Part shown: piece after piece, positions 1-8,392 of the stretch
Layout of the letters: each line of letters begins with the position of its first letter
Position numbering within the stretch: the stretch's first letter is position 1
Source: a virus
IMG/VR virus record: IMGVR_UViG_3300045988_068176
Coordinates: 1-58,287 of that record
DNA: 58,287 nucleotides
Reading direction: 5' to 3' (one strand)
The notes under the pieces: model-generated
Told to the model about the DNA's origin: nothing
Database searches by the model: none
Seen by the model: only the letters and a program-made list of their open reading frames with translations
Translations under genes and position numbers: made by a program

Positions 1-85
1 ATTTTTTTGTTTTTACGGTCGTCATATTCATTTTCCGCAGTAACACCAAGTGCGCACATGAAAAGTGCCACAGCCAAAAGCAAAA
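1..85. repeat. 85-bp terminal direct repeat, identical to 58203..58287 (circular-closure overlap)
   Basis: Bases 1-85 recur exactly at 58203-58287; a minus-strand ORF crosses the junction in frame. Confidence 0.9.
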
Positions 86-215
86 TTGAAAGAAAAGCGT
101 AAAACAGCCCAGCTCCAAGCGTTGTTACGTTTTCAATTAAGCCTCCGCAGCCAACAGACCAAATCGAGAACAAAATCCCAACTGTAACTAATATCGTCCC
201 TTTTGCGCTTTTCAT
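1..215 (-). CDS. small membrane protein, 5' part (continues at 58202..58157 after closure; 86 aa joined)
   Basis: ATG at 215..213 overlaps the stop of the upstream gene (ATGA); hydrophobic MKSAKGTILVTVGILFSIW...; runs off the window edge. Confidence 0.6.
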   Translation of the reverse strand, partial: MKSAKGTILVTVGILFSIWSVGCGGLIENVTTLGAGLFYAFLSILLLAVALFMCALGVTAENEYDDRKNKK

Positions 216-448
216 TTTTCCACCTTTTTCAACACGACATCGAAGTAGTCCGGGTTTGAGCTATCGACGATTGCGTATGCGTTCAGAACATCGCATATCT
301 TCAAAAGTGTCCCTGTTCTGATCCCTTCTTTGTGCCTAGCTCTTCTTCTCCCGAGGATGCTGTCCAGTGTCGGCCTTGACACTGTGCTTTTGCGACAAAG
401 CTCATTCACACGAATACCGCGTTCTTTCATGGCATCTTCGAGCGTCAT
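212..448 (-). CDS. XRE-family helix-turn-helix regulator
   Basis: 78 aa; GIRVNELCRKSTVSRPTLDSIL HTH signature. Confidence 0.7.
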   Translation of the reverse strand: MTLEDAMKERGIRVNELCRKSTVSRPTLDSILGRRRARHKEGIRTGTLLKICDVLNAYAIVDSSNPDYFDVVLKKVEK

Positions 449-669
449 TTTTTCTCACCCTTGTGCCCGAATACCCAAGCCGATGCGGCGATGGCTGCGG
501 CTGCAATAGTGTATTTCGCAGCTTCAATGCCAACCATCACACCGATCTCGTTCATCAGCCACATATTCACAAGGAGGAATGCCAGGACGATTGCCAACGT
601 CCCAGCCCAAATCAAGATAAGTTCAACCAACGTTTTCACACTCAGCCCTCCCGTCCACCAACGGCACAT
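445..669 (-). CDS. small two-TM membrane protein
   Basis: 74 aa, two hydrophobic stretches; ATGA-type overlap with the downstream gene. Confidence 0.5.
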   Translation of the reverse strand: MCRWWTGGLSVKTLVELILIWAGTLAIVLAFLLVNMWLMNEIGVMVGIEAAKYTIAAAAIAASAWVFGHKGEKK

Positions 670-842
670 TCTGCAACCGTGTTTTCGATTTTCTTACGCA
701 GCATTACACAAACCATGCGGATTTCTTTCAGCTTCAATCCGGAACTAATGGCCATGCCATACATATCATTTACGAGCTCGTAGGCTTTGGGGGACAGGTC
801 ATCCCGTGCAAGCTTTTGCTTGTATCTTTTGTTTTTGTACAT
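642..842 (-). CDS. hypothetical protein
   Basis: 66-aa ORF in an operon-like minus-strand array. Confidence 0.45.
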   Translation of the reverse strand: MYKNKRYKQKLARDDLSPKAYELVNDMYGMAISSGLKLKEIRMVCVMLRKKIENTVAECAVGGREG

Positions 843-936
843 TTCTTGTAGTCCTTTCTATGGATATGTTCTAGGCGGTCAGCTTCTCGGCTTTGCCATC
901 AAATCTCCCGCTTTCCATAATATTTGCCGTTCATCT

Positions 937-1380
937 TTACCACCTATCAATCGTTCCAAGCTGTAGCCCAAGCACTACCTTGCCGTATGTTGTGCCAAGC
1001 TCCTTTGCCTTTTCTTTGATTTCGTCGATGGTATAGTCCTTATTTTTCGGCTTTGCCTTTTTCTGCTCCGGCTTCTTGTACTGGCCGCTTTTACCGCTTT
1101 CTCGATACTTCTCGCGCAGCTTTTTTTGCGAGTCTGCGTAAGCTGCTTTCGAGCACTCTGCGTGATATTTCTGGCAAATATTTCTCCGCACAAGTGGTTT
1201 ACCACACCAAGCACAAGGAACCGGTTTTGCGGTTTCTTTTCGCTTGTCCTCAGTTTGTTTTCGTTTACGTTCTCTGCCTCGCTCCAAATTTGCGATGCTG
1301 TAGCAATTAAGGCAGTATTTTCGATTCGCGGCCACCATTCCAAGAAGAGCTCCACAGCGCTCACAGTATTTAATCTCCAT
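937..1380 (-). CDS. zinc-ribbon protein, lysine-rich
   Basis: Start moved to MEIKYCERCG (AGGAGA RBS); CxxC...CxxC pairs. Confidence 0.6.
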   Translation of the reverse strand: MEIKYCERCGALLGMVAANRKYCLNCYSIANLERGRERKRKQTEDKRKETAKPVPCAWCGKPLVRRNICQKYHAECSKAAYADSQKKLREKYRESGKSGQYKKPEQKKAKPKNKDYTIDEIKEKAKELGTTYGKVVLGLQLGTIDRW

Positions 1381-1552
1381 ACTGCTCTCCTGCTTTCTTC
1401 TTGGCTTCCCGGTTATGCCGTTCAAAGCACTGGTTCAGCATCTTTTCCATCCACAGTACCTTGCTGGCTTCGTTCCGGGACACGCCCGTTGCCATCGCCA
1501 GTTTCAATCTACGCTTACGGCTTTGCGCTTTACAAAATTTCATTGCCAGCAC
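1370..1552 (-). CDS. small basic protein, possible DNA binding
   Basis: 60-aa ORF, Arg/Lys rich; overlaps both neighbours by a few nt. Confidence 0.4.
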   Translation of the reverse strand: MLAMKFCKAQSRKRRLKLAMATGVSRNEASKVLWMEKMLNQCFERHNREAKKKAGEQYGD

Positions 1553-1935
1553 TCACCGACCTTTTTGACGATAAAAGCGGGTACATCCCTGCTGGTAGCC
1601 CGGCACAGGCAGACGCACTTGGAAACCCAAGTATCAAAATAATCAGAAAGGATGCAGCACGTTGCATTTCGCTTAAAGCTTTCATCGCCCGGTCTTTTAA
1701 GCCAAACAGAAACTGCCTTGTAGTAGTACGCTTCCGTGACTCCACACCATTCAATGCTATACCCATCCAAGCACAACTGTTCCATGATCTTCATCGCCAG
1801 ATGCTTTGCTTCTGTGAGTTCCTCTGCCGTCCACTTTAGCTTGTCCTCTTCGTACATCTTTACCAGTTCGTCAATGGTATGCCGAGCTTCATCCGGGTTC
1901 TCAAGGTCTACTTTCAAAGTGATAATCTGCTCCAT
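1540..1935 (-). CDS. hypothetical protein
   Basis: 131-aa ORF immediately after the Rha-like gene. Confidence 0.55.
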   Translation of the reverse strand: MEQIITLKVDLENPDEARHTIDELVKMYEEDKLKWTAEELTEAKHLAMKIMEQLCLDGYSIEWCGVTEAYYYKAVSVWLKRPGDESFKRNATCCILSDYFDTWVSKCVCLCRATSRDVPAFIVKKVGECWQ

Positions 1936-1937
1936 GT

Positions 1938-2885
1938 TCAGCCCTCCTTCTGCTCAATTTCAAGAATCTTGCAGATGCTCTGGATAATCTTCTCCGGCTT
2001 TCGCTCGCCACGAAGAATCTTGTAGAGGTACGAATCGTCAAGGAACAATCCAGTATCGCTTTGAACCGCCTGAATCAGCTCCGTTTGCTTCATACCTCGC
2101 TGCAACAGCTTCATCTTCACTTCCAGCTCAAAGCCAGATGGTGTGGTAGGCTCTTGCTTTTCAGACTTAAGAAACAGGTTAACGAAGTAGACCTGTCCTT
2201 TTCCAGTGACCTTTGGTGTTCTGTTAATGGAAACGTGGTCGCTGTGCTGAATCGTGGTCTCTTTGATTTCAAACAGTCCCATCTCCATACTACGCTGCGT
2301 AGGCAAGTTGTAGTCGCTTCGTTTCTGGTCTTTAATGAGGTAGCCGTTCTTTCGCATCCAATCGAACAAACGGTTCTGTCCGATGTTAATGCCATTTTGC
2401 GAAAGCAGCTTTGCAAGCTCACCAACGAGAATGGATTTTTTGCTTGCTGAAACTGCATCAGCAAAAAGTGCTTTCGGCTTCATGGTTTCAATCTGCTTGT
2501 CTTTCTCTTCCAGTTCCTCATGCGCTGCAATCAGGGCAGTTGCGAGAAGCTGCGAGCGGGTAAGCTGCGGTTGGTCAGCCAGCTTCTTTTCCATCTCGTT
2601 GAACGCTGCAATGTACTTCAGTTTCCATTCGAGAGCAGCCTTTCCGGTAAAGCCCATAGCCAGCAGGGTGAAGCCGTCACGGTTCATGAGATAAGTTCTC
2701 TGTTCCCTGCCGTAGCTGTCCGCTTCGGTGCTTTCAAAAAACATCTGCGCAAAATTGCGCACATCTTCTTTTAGATTGTCCACCGCCCTGAGAACGTCAC
2801 GGTGGTTCTTATCGAAGTTCTCTGCAATCTGGCGGCTTGAAACCACAGGCTTGCCATTTCGCATGGATAAGATAATGTCGCTCAT
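1938..2885 (-). CDS. Rha-family regulatory protein with KilAC-type antirepressor domain
   Basis: N-term SSRQIAENFDKNHRDVLRAV...YLMNRDGFTLLAMGFTGKAALEWKLKYI (Rha); central ALFADAVSASKKSILVGELAKLL (KilAC/ANT). Confidence 0.85.
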   Translation of the reverse strand: MSDIILSMRNGKPVVSSRQIAENFDKNHRDVLRAVDNLKEDVRNFAQMFFESTEADSYGREQRTYLMNRDGFTLLAMGFTGKAALEWKLKYIAAFNEMEKKLADQPQLTRSQLLATALIAAHEELEEKDKQIETMKPKALFADAVSASKKSILVGELAKLLSQNGINIGQNRLFDWMRKNGYLIKDQKRSDYNLPTQRSMEMGLFEIKETTIQHSDHVSINRTPKVTGKGQVYFVNLFLKSEKQEPTTPSGFELEVKMKLLQRGMKQTELIQAVQSDTGLFLDDSYLYKILRGERKPEKIIQSICKILEIEQKEG

Positions 2886-3079
2886 TTCCCCTCTCTTTCA
2901 TTCAACAGCTCTTCCAGAGCTTCTTTCACCTTAGCTTCCGCATTTTTAGGTTCGCGCTTACCGTTCAGGATTTTCCCCAAGTATTCCGGTGCGCATCCCA
3001 TTTTTGCAGCAAGCTCTCTGATTTCAATGTTGTTAACGTGAAGCGTCCCTACAACATCGCCTGTCCACTTAGGAAGCAA
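2882..3079 (-). CDS. Cro-like HTH protein
   Basis: 65 aa; TTG start behind AAGGAG; IEIRELAAKMGCAPEYLGKILNG; divergent from the repressor. Confidence 0.65.
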   Translation of the reverse strand: MLPKWTGDVVGTLHVNNIEIRELAAKMGCAPEYLGKILNGKREPKNAEAKVKEALEELLNEREGK

Positions 3080-3096
3080 ATTTTTTCTCCTTTCTT

Positions 3097-3274
3097 GTTC
3101 TAGTACTTGAACTTTTTGAAAGAATATGATAATATTATGGTGTCAAGCAAAAACATTATCGAGCGTTCTTCTATTTGTTCAAAGTCTTTAATTTGTTCTA
3201 CCGATTGAACCCGGTAACCTTATTAAAGCACAAGTAGTAGAACTTTTCAAGTGTTTTTGTTCAAGTGGTAGAAC
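3097..3274. promoter_or_regulatory. divergent switch region with 16-bp operators GTTCwAnnnnnTwGAAC
   Basis: GTTCTAGTACTTGAAC 3097-3112, GTTCTACCGATTGAAC 3195-3210, CAAGTAGTAGAAC 3231-3243, GTTCAAGTGGTAGAAC 3259-3274. Confidence 0.6.
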
Positions 3275-3309
3275 TTCGCCATCTTGTACAAACGCTGGAG
3301 GTATATTTT

Positions 3310-3645
3310 GTGTTTTTTGACAATTTCGTAAGGCTATGTGAGCAAAAGGGAGTAAAGCCGTCTCGTGCTTTGACTGAAGCTGGCGTTCCAAAATCTGCTT
3401 ATAGTTATTGGAGAACCGAAGCAAGTTCAGGGAACGACGCAAAGCCGACCAATCAAAATGCCGTTAAGCTAGCACAGTATTTCGATGTTACGGTTGACTA
3501 CCTTCTCACTGGCAACCAAAAAGAAAACCTGCCCCAGCAGCCGCAAAGTGAAGTCGATGCAGCAGTGGAGCGGATTAGAAGAAAACTTGAATCTATGCCG
3601 AAGGAACAGCGTGAGGCGCTGATGAACCTGATCGAGAAGATGTAA
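3310..3645 (+). CDS. cI-like XRE-family repressor
   Basis: GTG at 3310, 8 nt after GGAGG (3297-3301); FVRLCEQKGVKPSRALTEAGVPKSAYSYW HTH; the track ORF starts at 3265. Confidence 0.75.
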   Translation: MFFDNFVRLCEQKGVKPSRALTEAGVPKSAYSYWRTEASSGNDAKPTNQNAVKLAQYFDVTVDYLLTGNQKENLPQQPQSEVDAAVERIRRKLESMPKEQREALMNLIEKM

Positions 3646-3669
3646 CGTTCATGCCCGGTAAAATAAAAG

Positions 3670-3716
3670 AATCCCTTGTGCCGGGCTGGTGTAGCTCTGC
3701 GCAAGGGATTTTCTGT
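3670..3716. terminator. bidirectional rho-independent terminator
   Basis: AATCCCTTGTG...CGCAAGGGATT stem followed by TTTTCTGTT; A-run on the other side. Confidence 0.6.
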
Positions 3717-3817
3717 TACTCTAAGTCTAATGCTTGTTCCGCTACCGGAATCTTTTCAGGATGTTCCAGCAGCCATGCAATAAATCGGTCAATCTTGGCT
3801 CTTTCCTGTTCACTCAT
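3716..3817 (-). CDS. possible 33-aa ORF
   Basis: MSEQERAKIDRFIAWLLEHPEKIPVAEQALDLE behind GGGAGG; below the track cutoff. Confidence 0.25.
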   Translation of the reverse strand: MSEQERAKIDRFIAWLLEHPEKIPVAEQALDLE

Positions 3818-4003
3818 TGTGACATATCCTCCCGATCGGTAAGTGCAGATGTTCATTTGATACGATTATACATCTTTTAGTTGTCAAGTCAATGTATTTT
3901 GAACAACTTCGTGAAAATCGAACGTTTTCTTCACATCTATTACTTCACATCAGGGAAGCCAAAAATTGCAATGACAATGATTAAGAGCCACATTAAGTTT
4001 AAG

Positions 4004-4249
4004 TTACCCTTTGCTTTGTAACATTCCGTTGAGAATGGAACGAAAGGGGTTTTCAGGCAACTTGTCCAGCACATCTGCTTTGACGAGCGCATTTGTGCTG
4101 ATACTGTGCGAAACATTGTTTAGTTGCACAATGGCATCGTCCAAGTCTTTTACGGTTGCTCCACGCCGTTCCATTAACTGGAGGAAAGTTTTCACTTCTT
4201 CAAGAACGACAGGGTTCTCGACTTTATAGAATCCATTCGTAAAGTCCAT
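4004..4249 (-). CDS. hypothetical protein
   Basis: 81-aa ORF, last gene of a small minus-strand operon. Confidence 0.55.
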   Translation of the reverse strand: MDFTNGFYKVENPVVLEEVKTFLQLMERRGATVKDLDDAIVQLNNVSHSISTNALVKADVLDKLPENPFRSILNGMLQSKG

Positions 4250-4261
4250 CTTTTTCTCCTC

Positions 4262-4465
4262 TCAAAGTTCCACAAGTTGACCGTCAATGCGTTCGATGCT
4301 ATCTGCCGGGTCTCGCCCATCGTCTAAGGCGGCTACGGCGCGTTCCAGAACGTTTTTTGCTTCTTCATAAGCAGACTTGTCAGCATCGTTGTTTGCAAGG
4401 TTGTAGACTAGTTTTAAAGCGGTCTGGCGTGCATAGGGAATGAGCATGGTGTCAATCTGGTTCAT
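4262..4465 (-). CDS. hypothetical protein
   Basis: 67-aa helical acidic ORF. Confidence 0.55.
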   Translation of the reverse strand: MNQIDTMLIPYARQTALKLVYNLANNDADKSAYEEAKNVLERAVAALDDGRDPADSIERIDGQLVEL

Positions 4466-4468
4466 ACA

Positions 4469-4540
4469 CTAACCCTCCCACGGTTTCGGCGTTTTGTTTT
4501 CGTTCGGTTCAGATGCGGGCATTCCGTCAATGATAATCAT
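4469..4540 (-). CDS. possible 23-aa leader ORF
   Basis: AGGAGG then 7 nt then ATG; MIIIDGMPASEPNENKTPKPWEG; the 137-aa track ORF is an upstream extension. Confidence 0.3.
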   Translation of the reverse strand: MIIIDGMPASEPNENKTPKPWEG

Positions 4541-4682
4541 ATTGTTACCTCCTGTTTTGATTGTTTTTTTGATGGTACAGTTATAACACAGGCTGCTGTT
4601 GGTTCTCCATAGCAGCTTTTTCCATTTTTTGGCTTGTCGAATCCAGCAGTTTTGCCGAATTTTGTTGAAATGGTGAGAATTT

Positions 4683-5276
4683 ATGGATGAATATTTAGTA
4701 AGAACAGCCAAAGCATTAGAGATGGCTCGAATGCGTTCAGGCTTGAGCCAGCAGAAGTTGGCAGCACGGATGGGCGTGAATCGTGGCACGGTAGCAAATT
4801 GGGAGCAAGGTCTGGCAGCCATCTCCCTGCCTATGGCTATGCGCTGGTTCACCTGCTGCGGCGTATCGGTGGCTCGATACATGGACGCTTGTATTCATCC
4901 AGGGCTGCTGGAACACCTGGAAGACGACCTTTCCGATCTGGAGAAACGGCGGATTCTCATAGATGCTATGATGGAGTGTTCCTCCTATGAGATAGATGCC
5001 CTGCTGTACATCCGATACGGAGATCACGGCTCAGACCACATCGGTGTGCTAACGGAGATTCTGGCAAACCTCCACACGCCGTTGAAGGACAGGGTTGCTG
5101 TCTGCCGGATGGCATCCGGTAACTATGAGATGGCACAAGCTACCGGAACAGACCCAGACCCGAACGGAACCGCCCCAAAGATGGAGATTCTTTATCAGGC
5201 ACAGGACGCTGGAACGGAAGCAGCCATGAAGTCCAACGATTCTTATACCGTGAATCCCAATAATATAACTGGCTGA
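4683..5276 (+). CDS. XRE-family HTH regulator with C-terminal domain
   Basis: 197 aa; LSQQKLAARMGVNRGTVANWEQG. Confidence 0.7.
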   Translation: MDEYLVRTAKALEMARMRSGLSQQKLAARMGVNRGTVANWEQGLAAISLPMAMRWFTCCGVSVARYMDACIHPGLLEHLEDDLSDLEKRRILIDAMMECSSYEIDALLYIRYGDHGSDHIGVLTEILANLHTPLKDRVAVCRMASGNYEMAQATGTDPDPNGTAPKMEILYQAQDAGTEAAMKSNDSYTVNPNNITG

Positions 5277-5685
5277 TTGTCGAATTATCGAAGTTTTTAC
5301 GGTATACAGGGGGACGTGCTCCACTTTTTGTACACAATAGGCCTGTTATAAATATGGTTTTGGGTTGTCATTTTGTCCCCCATAGAATCGTAAATGGTGG
5401 ATTTTTGAAAATGTAATTAACGAATTTGCGTGAAATTTTTGTTCATCAAAGCGTGACTTGTCAATTCGTCCCCTATTGGTGTGATTGCACTCCATTTTCT
5501 GTACACGATAAAACCGTCAGGTAGGTTATAGGGCTTGATGGACGTTTCTTATTCAGCAAAAAGAGTTGTCGTTTTCCACAATTTGCCCGTTGAAGAGAAG
5601 AAATTGTTGAAAATGTATCGTCGTCACTATTTGATGATGATTATTTATCTCTTGTTTATCTCTTGTTTATATATATAGTAAGAAC

Positions 5686-5788
5686 GTGTACAAAAAGTGG
5701 AGCATTGTGTACATAAAGTGGAGGAACGTGTACAAGAAGTGGAGAGTATCGTGTACAAAAAATGGAGTATCGTGTACAGAATGTGGAG
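5686..5788 (+). repeat. five direct 17-bp iterons GTGTACAnAAnrTGGAG, 21-23 bp period
   Basis: Copies at 5686, 5707, 5728, 5751 and 5772; partial copies at 5811 and 5829. Confidence 0.85.
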
Positions 5789-5823
5789 GTCAATTGTTGA
5801 AAAAATAATTGTGTACAGAATCA

Positions 5824-5852
5824 TTGACGTGTACACGATACAGTGGTATAAT
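5824..5852 (+). promoter_or_regulatory. rep promoter (TTGACG, 17 nt spacer, TGG-TATAAT) overlapped by an iteron-like site
   Basis: -35 at 5824-5829, -10 at 5847-5852 with TG extension; GTGTACACGATACAGTGG lies in the spacer. Confidence 0.7.
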
Positions 5853-5877
5853 AGGGTAGAAGAAATGAGGTGATGCA

Positions 5878-6981
5878 ATGCCAGAATTGACAGGGAACAA
5901 TCTTGTCGAAAAGAGCAAGGCGTTGGTTTGGGCGAAGTTTACGGACTACACAGCAGGCGAGCTTCGGCTGCTTGAGGTCTATCTGAGCCGTATCAATCCG
6001 AGAGACCCCGAAAGTTCTAACGTGTCGTTTACGCTGGCTGAATATTGCAAGCTACTGGATTTGAAGCTCAATTCAAAGAACTTGAAGTCGCAGGTTAAGC
6101 ACTTTTTGGGCAACGTGGTTTCAGTACCACTGAATGCAGATGGAACAGAATATGTGATGTATCCGCTGTTCACAAAGGCAGAGGTCAAGTTCAATCGAGA
6201 ATCCTTGTCCTATGACGTTTCAATCAACTGTAATCCTGACTTGCGGCCTGTGTTTTTCGACATTGCAAGAAGCGGCTACGTCAAATACCGTCTGCGATAT
6301 ACGATTGGGATGAAGCAGCAAGCATCTATTCTGATGTACAGCATGATTCGGGATTGGATGAATCGCTCTCTAACATCGAACAAGATTGGTTTGAAGCAGC
6401 TGCGTGACCACTTGGGGGCAAACGATGCAAGTTATGACGACTTCCGGGCTTTACGCCGCAGAGTTCTTGAACCAGCAGTGGAAGAGATCAGCAATGTTTC
6501 AGACATTGTCGTTGACTTTGAAAAGATTTGCACAGGGCGAAAGGTAGTAGCAGTTGAGTTTCGATTCGGGTACAAATCCAAGCAGCCCGTCATAGATGCC
6601 GATTCTAGCGAGGTTGATTGTGAGGCGGCTAATTCCAAGCCGGAAATCAAAAAAGCCACCAGAAAGCCCCGCACAAGCGGATACGAAGGGTACGACTGGT
6701 CTGTGTGCGATGCACTGTCGGTTCAAGAGTGCATCGAGGTTGCAAAGGCTGTCGAGGTAAAGATGATGGAAGAGCACCCATCTATCAAGCTGCCGAAGCG
6801 GAGAGATGCGGTCTATGACATCGTAAAGGCTGCGTGTACGGATATTCTTTCAATCAACCGCGACCCTTGGCCTGACCACCCGAAGCGGTATCTGATTGGT
6901 AGCTTGAAGAAAGACGGTGCGATTGAAGAGTATCTTCCGGCATTTTATGAAATCGAAACAATGAATGGAGGTAAAACATGA
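5878..6981 (+). CDS. rep: Rep_3/RepB-type plasmid replication initiator
   Basis: 367 aa; LVEKSKALVWAKFTDYTAGELRLLEVYLSRI N-terminus typical of iteron-binding initiators; iterons directly upstream. Confidence 0.8.
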   Translation: MPELTGNNLVEKSKALVWAKFTDYTAGELRLLEVYLSRINPRDPESSNVSFTLAEYCKLLDLKLNSKNLKSQVKHFLGNVVSVPLNADGTEYVMYPLFTKAEVKFNRESLSYDVSINCNPDLRPVFFDIARSGYVKYRLRYTIGMKQQASILMYSMIRDWMNRSLTSNKIGLKQLRDHLGANDASYDDFRALRRRVLEPAVEEISNVSDIVVDFEKICTGRKVVAVEFRFGYKSKQPVIDADSSEVDCEAANSKPEIKKATRKPRTSGYEGYDWSVCDALSVQECIEVAKAVEVKMMEEHPSIKLPKRRDAVYDIVKAACTDILSINRDPWPDHPKRYLIGSLKKDGAIEEYLPAFYEIETMNGGKT

Positions 6982-7274
6982 GCGTTGAAATTCCAAAGCC
7001 GGAAAGAAAAACGGCAAAGTGGGTGTATTGTAGAAAAACGGACGAAGATGGCAATGAATATGGCTATTACGAATGTTCTGGCTGCAAAATGTTTACAGTT
7101 CAAAACGGATTTTATAATTGGTGCGCACTTTGCGGCGCATATATGACCAATTCTAGAAAAATTCTTAAAGATATGATGACGAACAAAGATATGCCCGAAG
7201 TCAGCCATCGTCAGATGCTTCCCCTTGGCGTTAAAAAGATTGACATAGCAATGAAAAAGCATGCTGCAAAATAA
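6978..7274 (+). CDS. zinc-ribbon protein
   Basis: 98 aa; TAKWVY...ECSGC...CALCGAYM; paralogous motif in 8075..8392. Confidence 0.55.
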   Translation: MSVEIPKPERKTAKWVYCRKTDEDGNEYGYYECSGCKMFTVQNGFYNWCALCGAYMTNSRKILKDMMTNKDMPEVSHRQMLPLGVKKIDIAMKKHAAK

Positions 7275-7307
7275 TCAGACGCATCAAATAAAAGAAAGAG
7301 TGATAAA

Positions 7308-8078
7308 ATGGCAAAAATCATAGCGGTCGCCAACCAGAAGGGCGGCACAGGAAAGACCACAACAAGCACCTGTCTGGCTGGCGCGTTGCAACTGCTTGAC
7401 AAGAAAGTTCTGCTGGTGGACTGCGATGCCCAGTGCAACGCAACGGACACCTACGGCGCACGGACAGAGGACGTATGTACCCTGTTTGATGTAATGACCC
7501 GGCAAGGAACGGTCGAAGAAGGAATCCAGCACTGTGAAGCTGGTGATATTCTGCCGTCCGACAGCGCTTTGAAGGACATTGACGAGCAGCTTGTCCGGGA
7601 CATGGGCAAGAACTTCCGGCTGCGAGAAGCCCTTGAGAGCGTGTCCGGGCGGTATGATTACATCGTGCTTGACACGCCCCCGCAGCTTGGTCTTGCGCTT
7701 GTGAACGCGCTGATCGCCGCCAACAGCATCATCGTTCCCATCACAGCAGACCGATACGCACTGGCTGGTTTGAGCCAACTTTCGCAGACCATTGGCGATG
7801 TTCGCAGATACTTCAATCCGACTTTGAAGATTGAAGGCCTGCTTCTGAACCAGTACAAGAGCCGTGAGAACCTGTCCAAAGAGGTTGTGGAGCAGCTTCC
7901 TGTGATTGCACAGAGCATGGGTACAACGCTGTTAGACGTGAAGATTAGACCGTCTATGGGCGTTCGTAAGGCACAGGCAGAACGGCACAGTCTGTTTAGT
8001 GGTGACACGGCAAAGAGTACCAGCGCAGAGGATTTCAAGGCCTTGGCGCAGATGATTGTGGGGGAGAAAGAAAAATGA
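7308..8078 (+). CDS. parA: ParA/Soj-family partition ATPase (no N-terminal HTH)
   Basis: MAKIIAVANQKGGTGKTTT deviant Walker A; 256 aa. Confidence 0.9.
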   Translation: MAKIIAVANQKGGTGKTTTSTCLAGALQLLDKKVLLVDCDAQCNATDTYGARTEDVCTLFDVMTRQGTVEEGIQHCEAGDILPSDSALKDIDEQLVRDMGKNFRLREALESVSGRYDYIVLDTPPQLGLALVNALIAANSIIVPITADRYALAGLSQLSQTIGDVRRYFNPTLKIEGLLLNQYKSRENLSKEVVEQLPVIAQSMGTTLLDVKIRPSMGVRKAQAERHSLFSGDTAKSTSAEDFKALAQMIVGEKEK

Positions 8079-8392
8079 GACTGATTGATTCCGATGAACT
8101 TGTAAATTACTATTTGCAAAACCAAGCTGATCAAGCAAGATTTCGTAGTGAAACAGCAAGTGTATGCGATGTTTTAGAAAATGTGATTCGCCATGTAAAA
8201 TTGATGGATGAAATTCAGCCGAAAGAAACGGCAAAGTGGGAAGCTCATCATCGAGTGGACGAGGATGGAGAGCATTGGAATTGGCTCGAATGCTCAAACT
8301 GCCATTATAAGATTGCACGTTATCCGAAAATGTACCGAGAGACAAGGTTCTGTGCTTGTTGCGGAGCAAAAATGGAGGACGAAGAGGAATGA
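8075..8392 (+). CDS. zinc-ribbon protein
   Basis: 105 aa; ETAKWEAH...ECSNCH...CACCGAKM. Confidence 0.55.
   Translation: MRLIDSDELVNYYLQNQADQARFRSETASVCDVLENVIRHVKLMDEIQPKETAKWEAHHRVDEDGEHWNWLECSNCHYKIARYPKMYRETRFCACCGAKMEDEEE

Larger units (their letters stand above)
5319..5852. promoter_or_regulatory. plasmid-type origin (oriV): iterons, DnaA-box-like site, AT-rich repeats, rep promoter
   Basis: Inverted iterons 5319-5335 and 5490-5506; TTTTCCACA 5572-5580; TTTATCTCTTG x2 at 5644-5665; see iteron and promoter entries. Confidence 0.75.

Noticed and set aside
1-85. The terminal repeat as a biological DTR, LTR or att duplication
   Set aside because: An exact 85-bp overlap with an ORF reading through it is most simply an assembly closure artefact. 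It cannot be resolved without reads.
4469-4882. The 137-aa minus-strand ORF
   Set aside because: It runs through the divergent promoter region and overlaps the plus-strand HTH gene. Only the last 23 codons follow a real RBS.
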